Shown: positions 37,281 through 46,567, counted from the first letter of the stretch. The stretch is 60,779 bases of DNA from an uncultured Methanosarcinales archaeon (GCA_964598745.1 CAZRCV010000004.1:1-60779); one strand, 5' to 3'. The notes: generated from the letters alone by a model not told the origin. A program made the numbers and translations.

Positions 37281-37652
37281 ATGGTAAGGGCTACTAAACA
37301 AAAACAGCTATTAGGAGAAGAAATTAAGCAGCTTAAATCGTTCTTTGATGCTTATACTTTGCACCGGAATGTTTCCAGGAAAGACAGAAAACTAGGGATA
37401 GCCACAGTTTACCGGTTTCTGACCCAGCTAGAAGAGCAAGGAGGAATCCATTCCTTTATCTGCGATAAAAAAAGAATTTATTCCAGCAATAAAGTAAACC
37501 ATGCTCATTTCAAGTGTGAGCGATGCGGACAAGTAACGCACTTAAAAATAACCAACATTGATTTCCTGAAGGAATTAAAAGATAATGAGGTTTGTCATTT
37601 TCAAATTGAGATAAGTGGAATTTGTTCTACCTGTAGGAAGAAAGTTGAATAA
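37281..37652 (+). CDS. zur: Fur-family metalloregulator (Zur-like)
   Basis: 123 aa with HTH ATVYRFLTQLEEQGGI, HAHFKCERCG and a C-terminal CSTC zinc site. Confidence 0.75.
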   Translation: MVRATKQKQLLGEEIKQLKSFFDAYTLHRNVSRKDRKLGIATVYRFLTQLEEQGGIHSFICDKKRIYSSNKVNHAHFKCERCGQVTHLKITNIDFLKELKDNEVCHFQIEISGICSTCRKKVE

Positions 37653-37720
37653 TAACCAAAGCCAATAATAAAATTATTACGACAAGATTTTTAAATAAAG
37701 TTATTAAAATTAGCTAAACT

Positions 37721-38059
37721 ATGGACTTAAAGAAATATCTGCGAGGAAAATTAGCTGTACAACAATCCGGGTTAGAGCGGGAATTGAAAGCAACTAAAGG
37801 AGCAGTGGTAAGTTTGGATCGAACAGACTTAGAGCGTGCTGTCTATGAAGTAAATCTTCATAGCCTCTGGGCTGATTATGGAGGAAAGGATGTTGTTGTT
37901 ACTCATTCTGGAAATATTTCTGATGCTGTTGCTCTGGCGGAACAAAAATTTAAAATGATAAATCGGAAAAGAGATGTTCAAGCTATTTATCGGGTGTCGA
38001 TTGTTTTAAATGGGCAAAAGCACCTTATTCCAGCAGAATGTTATTACAAATCAGATTAA
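37721..38059 (+). CDS. Hypothetical protein
   Basis: 112-aa ORF with no recognised motif. Confidence 0.4.
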   Translation: MDLKKYLRGKLAVQQSGLERELKATKGAVVSLDRTDLERAVYEVNLHSLWADYGGKDVVVTHSGNISDAVALAEQKFKMINRKRDVQAIYRVSIVLNGQKHLIPAECYYKSD

Positions 38060-38088
38060 TATCCTAATTTTAACATAATCCAAACATT

Positions 38089-38096
38089 TTTATATA
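38089..38096 (+). promoter_or_regulatory. TATA box for topA
   Basis: TTTATATA lies 23 nt upstream of the ATG at 38119. Confidence 0.4.
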
Positions 38097-38118
38097 TTCT
38101 ACAAAATGAGCATTGGTA

Positions 38119-40365
38119 ATGGTAGAATTAAGTATCAGTGAAAAGCCCTCCTCGGCTCAGAAAATCGCGGAAGCTTTGGCTGAAGGCAAACTAAAAAAAA
38201 AAAAACACCAGCAGTGCGCTTACTATGAATTGAATAGGGGCAAGCACAAGATTCTGGTTACTTCAGCGGTAGGCCACCTGTTTGGATTGGTGGAAGCTCG
38301 GAAGCAGGCATGGAGTTATCCTATTTTTGATATTGTTTGGCAGGCTTCTAACATTACTTCTAAAGAATTAGCTTATGTTAAAGATTATATTGATACCATA
38401 GCCCTGCTGGCTAAGAAAGCTGAGGAAGTCACGATTGCCTGCGACTATGATGTGGAAGGTGAAGTCATCGGCATGAACGTTGTGCGTTTTGTTTGCCATC
38501 GTAAAGATGCCAACAGAATGAAATTTTCAACCTTAACTAAACCTGATTTAGTTGAAGCTTACGAACACAAACGCAAGCATCTGGATTGGGGACAGGCTAA
38601 CGCCGGTGAAACCAGGCATAAATTAGATTGGTACTACGGAATTAATTTGTCCAGAGCTCTGACTTCTTCAGTTAAAACTGCTGGTTCGTTTAAAGTTATG
38701 TCTGCAGGCAGAGTGCAAGGGCCAGCGCTGAAATTGTTGGTAGATAGAGAACGAGAAATTAGGGCATTCAAGCCAGAACCATATTGGGAAATTGCTTTCG
38801 AGGGAGAATATCAGAACAACAATCTGCAAGGAATGCATTGCCATGGCCGGATTGATAGCCAGAAGGAAGTAGAAAAAATCATGTCTAATGTTAAAGGGCA
38901 TAAACAGGCTCTAGTTAAATCTGTCAAAACTAGCCAACGAACTCAAGCTCCACCTACTCCTTTTGACTTAACCACTTTGCAATCAGAATCTTACAATTTG
39001 TTTAAAATTACCCCTAAGCAGACTTTAGCTATTGCCCAAAGCCTTTATTTAGCTGGAGTTACCTCTTATCCGAGAACTTCCTCTCAACAATTAGATCCAA
39101 AATTAGGCTTTCAAAAAATCATCAAAAGTTTAAGCCATCAAACTAGTTACCAAAAATTATGTGAGCTATTACTTAAATTAAAAGAATTAAAGCCAAATAA
39201 TGGCGCTAAATCTGATCCAGCTCATCCAGCTATTTATCCTACTGGCTTGGCGCCCAAGGAACTCAAGTCGCAAGAAAAAAAAATATATGATTTAATTGTC
39301 AAGCGGTTTATGGCTACGTTTGCTAAACCAGCCTTGCGGGAAACCATGGAAGTTACCTTGGATGTTAATAAAGAATTGTTTTTAGTTAAAGGAACCAGGA
39401 CATTAGAGGAAAATTGGCATATTTTCTATAAGCCTTACGTTAAATTAGAAGAATTAGCTTTACCTAAGATGGAACAGGGAAATCAAGTTAAGGTAAAAAA
39501 AATTTCTTCTATAAGCAAAGAGACGCAACCGCCTAAACGTTTCAATCAAAGTTCTATCATTAAAGAATTAGAAAAAAGAAATTTGGGAACCAAAGCTACG
39601 CGCGCCGATATCTTGGATCGAATGTTTACGCGCGGCTATATTGATGGTGTGCAAATAACTGTTACTAAGTTGGGCGAAGAAACAACTCACGTTCTAGAGA
39701 AATTTGCGCCACGGATTATCGATGAAAAATTAACCGCTGAATTTGAAGAAGAGATGGAAAAGATCAGAGCCGGCCAAGCCCAGCCAGAAAAAATTTTGGA
39801 AAAGGCCAAAACTTTTTTAACTAAATTATTAACAGATTTCAAAAAGAAAGAGCCGCAAATAGGCAAGGAAATCATTACTTCGGTTAGAGCTACGCAGGAT
39901 GAACAAAATTACCTGGGGAAATGCCACCAATGCCAGCGAGGAAAGTTAATGATGCGTTATGGAAAATTTGGCCGATTTGCCGCTTGTGATGCTTATCCTG
40001 CTTGTAAAACTACTTTTAAGCTGCCGCAAGGAACAGTCAAGCGGACAGAGAAAACTTGCGAACACGATAATTATCCGATAATCCAAGTACTGCAGAAAGG
40101 AAAACGGCCTAGAATTTATTGCCTTAAATCTGACTGTAAAAGCAAAGTTTCGATAGTTGAAACTAAGGAAGCAGGCAAAGTTGAACTTCATAAAATCAAG
40201 AAAAACTGTCCTAAGTGTTCCAAATCATTGGTGGTAAGAAAATCATTTTATGGCGAGTTCTTAGCCTGTCCTGGATTCCCTGCTTGCAAGTACATTGAAA
40301 ATTTCGACCGACAAACAGGCCATTTTGAAAAAACTGAGGATAAAGAAAAAGGTAAGCGAGTTTAG
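38119..40365 (+). CDS. topA: DNA topoisomerase I (type IA)
   Basis: Toprim (ISEKPS...DYDVEGE), an active-site Tyr region (GVTSYPRTSSQ) and several C-terminal C4 zinc ribbons. The ATG at 38119 is preferred over the TTG at 38113. Confidence 0.9.
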   Translation: MVELSISEKPSSAQKIAEALAEGKLKKKKHQQCAYYELNRGKHKILVTSAVGHLFGLVEARKQAWSYPIFDIVWQASNITSKELAYVKDYIDTIALLAKKAEEVTIACDYDVEGEVIGMNVVRFVCHRKDANRMKFSTLTKPDLVEAYEHKRKHLDWGQANAGETRHKLDWYYGINLSRALTSSVKTAGSFKVMSAGRVQGPALKLLVDREREIRAFKPEPYWEIAFEGEYQNNNLQGMHCHGRIDSQKEVEKIMSNVKGHKQALVKSVKTSQRTQAPPTPFDLTTLQSESYNLFKITPKQTLAIAQSLYLAGVTSYPRTSSQQLDPKLGFQKIIKSLSHQTSYQKLCELLLKLKELKPNNGAKSDPAHPAIYPTGLAPKELKSQEKKIYDLIVKRFMATFAKPALRETMEVTLDVNKELFLVKGTRTLEENWHIFYKPYVKLEELALPKMEQGNQVKVKKISSISKETQPPKRFNQSSIIKELEKRNLGTKATRADILDRMFTRGYIDGVQITVTKLGEETTHVLEKFAPRIIDEKLTAEFEEEMEKIRAGQAQPEKILEKAKTFLTKLLTDFKKKEPQIGKEIITSVRATQDEQNYLGKCHQCQRGKLMMRYGKFGRFAACDAYPACKTTFKLPQGTVKRTEKTCEHDNYPIIQVLQKGKRPRIYCLKSDCKSKVSIVETKEAGKVELHKIKKNCPKCSKSLVVRKSFYGEFLACPGFPACKYIENFDRQTGHFEKTEDKEKGKRV

Positions 40366-40673
40366 TAATAAATAAATTTTAATTATTAAACTGTTTTCTG
40401 GTTTTGAATAACATTGACTCTAAAAAATTGTTATATTAACAGCATGAATACCAGAAGGAACTGAAGTAGTTGTAAACTATCATCAGAGATGTAGTAATGG
40501 TAGTTTATGTACAAGTAGTTATAGATATGCAAGAGGAGATGCATTAATTCCTAAAAAAAGAAATTAGGGAATATTCTTTTTGATAATAATATTAATTTTA
40601 ATAATTCTCTTGTAACCATTTTTAAAATTTAGAACTTATATTGCGTATATACTCCGCTTAAACATAAAAAGGA

Positions 40674-40834
40674 TGTGGGCGGCAGGGTTCGAACCTGCGT
40701 AGGGACTAACCCACTGGGTATCTTCCAGTCACAGCAGTAATGCTCAGCATACCCGCTGCCAGTTTGGCCTAAGCTTAGCCTAATTATTCTCCTGAACAAT
40801 TAACCAGCCCGTTTGACCACTCCGGCACGCCCAC
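40674..40834 (-). tRNA. tRNA-Leu(UAG), class II, with two introns (29 nt at 30/31; 48 nt at 37/38)
   Basis: Hand fold. Acceptor GTGGGCG/CGCCCAC with A73, D arm CCG-GAGTGGTCAAA-CGG, long variable arm TGGGTTAGTCCCTAC, T arm GCAGG-TTCGAAC-CCTGC. Removing 40803-40775 and 40767-40720 gives anticodon arm CTGGG-CUUAGGA-CCCAG, 84 nt mature. Anticodon at 40771-40769. Confidence 0.75.
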
Positions 40835-40984
40835 GCTAATTTTAAAATTACAGTTTTTAATCTTGTTTTTATATGTTTCTATCAAAATGGTTCTTTGCTT
40901 AACAGGATAGGTAGTTTATTCTAATTTGGGAATAATATTATCTTTTTCATAACACTTAAAAACAGCAGATAATCATTGCCTGTG

Positions 40985-41668
40985 ATGAAACACTTAGTAA
41001 TCCTATTGCTTATTATTAGCTTGCTGCTCATTACAGCCTGTTCACAAGCTAGTCAAGTTACTGGTGATGTAGTTAGCGATGGTGATTCCTGCTTGAAATT
41101 AGGCTCTGCAGCTAAAGATAACTGTTACTTTGAACAAAATAAGTGCAGTAAAATTGGCAAGGAATCGATAAGAAACAGCTGTGTGGCTGGTTTAGGCATA
41201 AAAAAACAAGATTTAGAGGTGTGTAAGCTTATTACCTCTTCTACTACGAGAGGGTACTGTGAATCGGGGGTGGCTGCTGCCGTAAATAAGGTAGAAATTT
41301 GCAAAGATATTACGGATAATTACTGGAGGGATAACTGTTATTTTAATTATGCCACAGAAAATAATGATGCCTTATACTGTTCAGCTATTGGTTCAATAGA
41401 ACAGCAGCAAGATTGCTTCTTTGATGTGGCTACAACTATAAATAAACCGGAATTATGTGAAACTTTGCCTGATAACCGAGAAGAAATCTGTATCTCCCAA
41501 ATAGCCCAACAGCTGTTAGACATAACTGTCTGCGATAAAATTAAAACTGCGCTTTCACAGGACAGTTGCCGGCTAAGATTGGCTTCCAAGGTCTTAAATA
41601 ATGAAAACAGTTGTGATACTATCCGCTTTAAAGAAATGAGAGATATTTGCCATCAAAGATTTGAATAA
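40985..41668 (+). CDS. Cys-rich repeat lipoprotein
   Basis: Signal/lipobox MKHLVILLLIISLLLITAC, then 17 further Cys in a roughly 27-30-aa periodic pattern (C-x9-11-C-x12-14-C). The ATG at 40985 is preferred over the TTG at 40976. Confidence 0.55.
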   Translation: MKHLVILLLIISLLLITACSQASQVTGDVVSDGDSCLKLGSAAKDNCYFEQNKCSKIGKESIRNSCVAGLGIKKQDLEVCKLITSSTTRGYCESGVAAAVNKVEICKDITDNYWRDNCYFNYATENNDALYCSAIGSIEQQQDCFFDVATTINKPELCETLPDNREEICISQIAQQLLDITVCDKIKTALSQDSCRLRLASKVLNNENSCDTIRFKEMRDICHQRFE

Positions 41669-41690
41669 ATAACTTTTTTAGTAAAAAATT

Positions 41691-41864
41691 TTAAGGATGG
41701 TTTTTCTTATTCCAGTTGTATTTTCTCTGGTGGGCTGTAGCACCATAACCACAGGAAGCGCATTTCTTTTTAGTAACATGATAAGCCCTTTTACCACAGC
41801 GGCGGCAGGGAATATGAGTCTTCTTGCCGCTCTTACGGCCCATACTAGCTGTTCCTTTAGTCAT
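41691..41864 (-). CDS. rpl37e: 50S ribosomal protein L37e (eL37)
   Basis: Hand translation gives MTKGTASMGRKSGKKTHIPCRRCGKRAYHVTKKKCASCGYGATAHQRKYNWNKKNHP, 57 aa with a C4 zinc ribbon. It is below the track's length cut-off and sits immediately downstream of the Sm gene, as in many archaea. Confidence 0.85.
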   Translation of the reverse strand: MTKGTASMGRKSGKKTHIPCRRCGKRAYHVTKKKCASCGYGATAHQRKYNWNKKNHP

Positions 41865-41891
41865 GTTGTGCTCCTGTTATAAAATCCAAAA

Positions 41892-42134
41892 TTAAGCTGG
41901 AGAAATGATGGTAATAGTATCTCCTCTGATAAACACCGTTCCTAATTTTCGTTTGATTTCACCATTTTGGTGCTCTTCAGCATCGCTGAGAACTGTATTA
42001 ATATGAATATCAAATGCGCGCAGTTTACCAACGTATCTAATGCCGTTTTTCAAATCAACCATAACGGTTTTATTTCTAGCTACATTTAAAGTGTCTAATG
42101 GTCTTGATCCTTCATCCATGGCAATAACCCCCAT
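41892..42134 (-). CDS. Sm-like (LSm) archaeal protein
   Basis: Sm1/Sm2 motifs VMVDLKNGIRYVGKLRAFDIHINTVL and VFIRGDTITIISP. Confidence 0.85.
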   Translation of the reverse strand: MGVIAMDEGSRPLDTLNVARNKTVMVDLKNGIRYVGKLRAFDIHINTVLSDAEEHQNGEIKRKLGTVFIRGDTITIISPA

Positions 42135-42250
42135 AATCTATTTTAACCATAACTGACAGTGCTATATAAATGTTTTGCCATAAATGGAATGTAAAGGAAA
42201 GTTTTTGTTTTTCAGAAACTCTTATAAAATAGCTGCCAATTAAAAACTAG

Positions 42251-42664
42251 ATGGAACCAGACCAAGAAAAACAAGAGAAGCTAAAAGAAAAGTTTATGCA
42301 ATTCCGCACTTTGCACCAGTACATAGAACAAATTGGAGAACATCTCCAGTTGCTTCATATGCAGCATACAGAATTAGAAAATACCAAGGAGGCCTTACTG
42401 GAATTGGGCGGAACTAGTCAACAAGAAATGTTGGCACCATTGGCTAATGGAATTTTTGTCAAAGCTAAATTACTTGAAACTGAGAATGTACTTATTAACG
42501 TCGGAGCTGACATCGTGGTTGAAAAAGCCATTCCTCAAGCGATTGAGATGCTGGAAGCCCAACAAAAAGAAACCGCAGAGAAGATAGGCCAAGCCCAAAA
42601 ATTAAAGCAGGAATTTAACCAGCAAGCTGTGTTAATATATAAAGAAATAGAGGCGCTACAATAA
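42251..42664 (+). CDS. pfdA: Prefoldin alpha subunit
   Basis: 137 aa, coiled coil - beta hairpins (MLAPLANGIFVKAKL...VLINVGADIVVEK) - coiled coil. It lies directly upstream of ftsY. Confidence 0.7.
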   Translation: MEPDQEKQEKLKEKFMQFRTLHQYIEQIGEHLQLLHMQHTELENTKEALLELGGTSQQEMLAPLANGIFVKAKLLETENVLINVGADIVVEKAIPQAIEMLEAQQKETAEKIGQAQKLKQEFNQQAVLIYKEIEALQ

Positions 42665-42666
42665 AA

Positions 42667-44040
42667 ATGTTTGGCAAGCTTAAAGAAAAACTAAAAAATG
42701 CCTTGTCGGTATTTTCTAACAAAGCTGCAGAAGAAGCTACTTCTCTAGAATCGCCGATTATTTCTGAAACCATTTCCGAGAAAAAACAGGAACAGCTAGC
42801 TGAAAAGGCTGCAGTTGATGCAGAAAAAAAAAGTAATAAAACTGCAAAAGCAACGGCTGCTAAAAAACTAACAGCAATAGGTAAGGATCAAGCTCAAATT
42901 AGTGAAGATTCTGAAACAAAAGATAATCGCAAGAGTAAATCTAAAGAAAAACAACAACCTTCAGCTACAGTAAACAAGGCCATTTCGACCGCAGCTGAAA
43001 TAAATACCCAGTTAGAGCCAGCTTTGCCAGCAGTTAATAAAGAAAGTTCAGACGAAAAAAAAGACGGTTTTTTAGGCCGTTTTAAAGGCTTATTCCAGGG
43101 CCAGGTTAAAGAAACACCAACGGCTTTAGATAAAGCTAATGAAAAAATACCTTTAGACTCAGAAGGAAAGAAAGGTTTTTTTTCCAAAGTTAAAGAAACT
43201 ATCACTACCAGAAAGATTTCTGAAGAAAAATTTGAACAATTATTTTGGGATTTAGAATTAGTGCTGTTAGAAAACAATGTCTCAGTAGAAGTAATTGAAA
43301 AAATAAAGATTGATTTAAAGCGGGAGTTAGTGGAAAAGCCATTGCCGAGAAAGGTTGAATTAAAAATTGAAGATACCTTGCGTTCAACCTTAGAACAAAT
43401 CTTAACTCATGAACCGATGGATTTAATTAGTGAGATTAAAGCTAAATCTGGCCCTTATATTATTGCTTTTTTTGGCATTAATGGTGCGGGAAAAACAACT
43501 TCAATCGCTAAGTTAGCGCATTATCTAAAAAAAAATAAACTAACAGTAGTGCTAGCGGCTTGTGACACCTTCCGAGCTGCAGCCATCCAGCAATTGCAGG
43601 AGCATGCCGAGAAACTGCAAGTGCCAATCATTAAGCAAGATTATGGATCTGATGCGGCGGCCATAGCTTTTGATGCTGTAAAGTATGCTGAAAAAAACGG
43701 AATTAAAGTAGTATTAATAGACACGGCAGGAAGACTTCATTCTAATACTAACCTGATGGCTGAACTGCAAAAAATTATTCGTGTGGCTAAACCAGACTTA
43801 AAATTATTTGTGGGAGAAAGCATTACCGGCAATGATTGTATTGAACAAGCTAGAAAATTTAATGAGTTAGTGCAAGTAGATGGAGCTATCTTAACTAAGG
43901 CTGATGTAGATGATAAAGGCGGCGCGCCATTATCTATAAGCTACACTATTGGCAAGCCTATTTTGTTTTTGGGTGTCGGCCAGGGGTATGATGACTTAGA
44001 AGAATTTAACAAAGACAAGATTTTGAAACAATTATTTTAA
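42667..44040 (+). CDS. ftsY: Signal recognition particle receptor FtsY
   Basis: Long K/E/A-rich N-terminal region followed by an NG domain (GINGAGKTTS, DTAGR, TKAD). Confidence 0.9.
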   Translation: MFGKLKEKLKNALSVFSNKAAEEATSLESPIISETISEKKQEQLAEKAAVDAEKKSNKTAKATAAKKLTAIGKDQAQISEDSETKDNRKSKSKEKQQPSATVNKAISTAAEINTQLEPALPAVNKESSDEKKDGFLGRFKGLFQGQVKETPTALDKANEKIPLDSEGKKGFFSKVKETITTRKISEEKFEQLFWDLELVLLENNVSVEVIEKIKIDLKRELVEKPLPRKVELKIEDTLRSTLEQILTHEPMDLISEIKAKSGPYIIAFFGINGAGKTTSIAKLAHYLKKNKLTVVLAACDTFRAAAIQQLQEHAEKLQVPIIKQDYGSDAAAIAFDAVKYAEKNGIKVVLIDTAGRLHSNTNLMAELQKIIRVAKPDLKLFVGESITGNDCIEQARKFNELVQVDGAILTKADVDDKGGAPLSISYTIGKPILFLGVGQGYDDLEEFNKDKILKQLF

Positions 44041-44366
44041 ACAAGTTTTGGTTTTCTTCCAGGAATGGAAATTCCTAGAGTTTTGAAGATACTGGTATAA
44101 ACAAAGATTTCTTTGCCCAATATCTTACTAGGCTCTTTAACTGAGCCAAGATCTCTTTTTATCGCATCAATAGTTTTAGGATCTTCAAACTGAGGATGAA
44201 ATATATTCCAGTGGTTCTCAATATCGACTGTTACAATCAAATCTAATCCACACTGGCCGGAAAAACGTTCTACTCTTCCCTTGTAACGGCCAGTGAATCT
44301 TTCTAATCCAGGTGTTACAATGGTGTTGTAACAAGGATAAAAATCTTTTCCGGCCTGATAAACCAT
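44037..44366 (-). CDS. Hypothetical protein
   Basis: 109-aa ORF with no recognised motif. Confidence 0.4.
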   Translation of the reverse strand: MVYQAGKDFYPCYNTIVTPGLERFTGRYKGRVERFSGQCGLDLIVTVDIENHWNIFHPQFEDPKTIDAIKRDLGSVKEPSKILGKEIFVYTSIFKTLGISIPGRKPKLV

Positions 44367-44461
44367 TATTTGTTAAAATAACTGGCTTATTTAAAATAAT
44401 TACCTTTCGATTAAGAAATAGAAGCAACCTTTTTATAACTGCCTTCATTTGAAAGATTAAG

Positions 44462-45736
44462 ATGTCCACGACTTTTACTGTGCTAACTTCCGGCTGCGCG
44501 GCTAATCAGGCTGATTCTGAGCAGATGGCTGGATTATTGGGGAAGGCTGGGTTTAAGCTAGTGGAAAAGTTGGAGGAAGCTTACATAGTAGTTATGAATA
44601 CTTGCACCGTGAAATCGCCTTCAGAAAATTCTTTCTTTAAGCAGTTAGAGACATTCAGAGAACAATTTCCTAACAAAGTAGTTGTGATTGCCGGCTGTAT
44701 TCCTCAAGCTGATTCGCAAAAGCTAAAAGATTACTGCTTAGTTGGCACAAAACAAATTCATAATATTGTTCAGGTAGTGGAAGAAGCGCTGCATGAAAAT
44801 GTCCTACAATTGTTGAGCAATGATGAAATGCCTCCATTAAACTTGCCAAGGGTTAGAAAAAATCCCCTGGTGGAGATTCTGCCAATTAACCGTGGCTGTT
44901 TGGGGGCTTGCGCTTTCTGTAAAACCAAGCAGGCGCGTGGAAATCTTAAGTCTTATCCTATTGGAGAGATTATGGAATCTGCGTTAAATGCCTTAAAGGA
45001 AGGAGTTCAAGAAATTTGGCTGACTTCGCAGGATACATTTTGTTATGGTTTTGATATAGGTACAAATTTGCCTAACTTGCTGAGCCAATTGGTAACTTTG
45101 CCCTATGATTTTAAAATTAGAATTGGCATGGGAAATCCGGATCATTTTTCCCAAATTGGCGAACAGTTAATTCAAAATTATAAGCATCCTAAGATTTTCA
45201 AGTTTCTGCACTTGCCATTGCAGGCCGGTAGCGATGCCGTGTTAAAACATATGCGGCGGCGCTATACAATCAATGAATTTAACCAGATTATTAACGGATT
45301 TAAGAAAGAAATTCCTTCAATTAACATCATGACTGATATTATTGTAGGTTATCCTATCGAAACAGATGATGATTTTTGGCAGACCTTGGAAACAGTAAGA
45401 AAAAACTCCTTTGACTCAATTAACATCTCTCGATTCTGGCCGCGTCCAGGGACTGCTGCCGCAGAACTTGCGGAATTGCCCGGTGAAGTAGTAAAAAAGA
45501 GATCGCGAGTCTTAACGGATATTTTCAGTAATATTTCTAAGCTGCAGAATGAGCGATGGATCAACTGGCAGGGAATAATTATTATTGATGAAAAAGGAAG
45601 AGAAGAAAAACAATGGATCGGCCGGAATGATTCCTATAAGCCAGTAATCGTTGATGGTAATTTTAAATTAGGCGATAAAGTCGAAGTTAAAATAGTTAGG
45701 GCTGAGGTATTTGATCTGCGCGGGGCAGTTATTTAA
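44462..45736 (+). CDS. MiaB-like tRNA methylthiotransferase, archaeal/eukaryotic (CDKAL1/MtaB) type
   Basis: N-terminal UPF0004 Cys triad, radical SAM CLGACAFC and a C-terminal TRAM domain. 424 aa. Confidence 0.85.
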   Translation: MSTTFTVLTSGCAANQADSEQMAGLLGKAGFKLVEKLEEAYIVVMNTCTVKSPSENSFFKQLETFREQFPNKVVVIAGCIPQADSQKLKDYCLVGTKQIHNIVQVVEEALHENVLQLLSNDEMPPLNLPRVRKNPLVEILPINRGCLGACAFCKTKQARGNLKSYPIGEIMESALNALKEGVQEIWLTSQDTFCYGFDIGTNLPNLLSQLVTLPYDFKIRIGMGNPDHFSQIGEQLIQNYKHPKIFKFLHLPLQAGSDAVLKHMRRRYTINEFNQIINGFKKEIPSINIMTDIIVGYPIETDDDFWQTLETVRKNSFDSINISRFWPRPGTAAAELAELPGEVVKKRSRVLTDIFSNISKLQNERWINWQGIIIIDEKGREEKQWIGRNDSYKPVIVDGNFKLGDKVEVKIVRAEVFDLRGAVI

Positions 45737-45774
45737 GAAAAAAGTTATAAAATAAATGATTAATTCTACTTACC

Positions 45775-46245
45775 ATGGTTAAATCGATAGAAGGCAAGCA
45801 TCCGGAATACTATGAAGCCATTTTACAGTTGCGCAATGTTAATGACTTGGTAGTCCATTTTGTGAAGATGCAAATTAAAAAAGAAAATATTTATCTCAGC
45901 AAAATAAAGGCGGTAGTGAATGGATTTGATTTTTATCTTGCAGATTATAACTTTACTAGAGCTTTAAGCAAAAAATTACAACAACAGTTTAACGGCCATA
46001 CGCTGATCACGGCTAGCTTGGTAGGCAGAAAAAAAGATAAGGATATCCATAGATTTACGGTGTTGTTTAGAGGCACTGATTTTAAGAAAGGTGATAAAGT
46101 AGAATACAATGGAGAAAATTATGTTATTAGGGGTGTAGGAAAGGAGATTCAACTACAGCCTATCGATCCTGGAAAAAAAGTAAATGTTAAATGGAAAGAT
46201 AGTAAGGAAATAAAAAAAAAAGCCGGAGCATTGCTAATTAAATAG
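45775..46245 (+). CDS. Short NMD3-related protein (tentative)
   Basis: 156 aa. The YYEAILQLR motif and following layout resemble the NMD3 core without the N-terminal zinc clusters. Confidence 0.4.
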   Translation: MVKSIEGKHPEYYEAILQLRNVNDLVVHFVKMQIKKENIYLSKIKAVVNGFDFYLADYNFTRALSKKLQQQFNGHTLITASLVGRKKDKDIHRFTVLFRGTDFKKGDKVEYNGENYVIRGVGKEIQLQPIDPGKKVNVKWKDSKEIKKKAGALLIK

Positions 46246-46246
46246 T

Positions 46247-46567
46247 TTAATCATCTAAAATACCTTTTCCGAGGTAAGCAAAAGCAGGAATGATTCTTTC
46301 AGCAGCAGTAATGGGAAGATAAAAAAGTAGCCGCTGAATGCTTCTTATTTTCACTTTGTAGCCTATGAAATTAACATCAAAGTGCCTGGCTCGTTCTGAT
46401 AAGGCATTGCATCTTTGTTCTAAAAGAGGACTGGCATTGTTTAAGGCACTGGTTTCATCAGTACCAAAAGTGTTAACACTTCCATTAAACACCCAGCGTT
46501 TAGTTCCTATTTTGGGAATAACTACATATTTAATCTGATAAAGAGACAAGACATCATCTACAGCCAT
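46247..46567 (-). CDS. Hypothetical protein
   Basis: The ATG at 46567 (MAVDDVLSLYQ...) is preferred over the TTG at 46651. No recognised motif. Confidence 0.35.
   Translation of the reverse strand: MAVDDVLSLYQIKYVVIPKIGTKRWVFNGSVNTFGTDETSALNNASPLLEQRCNALSERARHFDVNFIGYKVKIRSIQRLLFYLPITAAERIIPAFAYLGKGILDD

Noticed and set aside
38193-38204. 12-nt poly(A) run inside topA as a possible slippery or frameshift site
   Set aside because: The reading frame continues uninterrupted through it (KLKKKKHQQ) and the full-length topoisomerase is intact.
40366-40673. Possible C/D-box sRNA in the 300-bp spacer between topA and tRNA-Leu (CTGATGA on the minus strand, CTGA on the plus strand)
   Set aside because: No correctly spaced C/D' and C'/D box sets or terminal stem could be assembled. 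The motifs are expected by chance in AT-rich sequence.
41697-41882. 61-aa plus-strand ORF from the track
   Set aside because: It is the antisense shadow of the clear 57-aa eL37 gene on the minus strand (41691-41864). Its own sequence is low-complexity and hydrophobic, with no start context.
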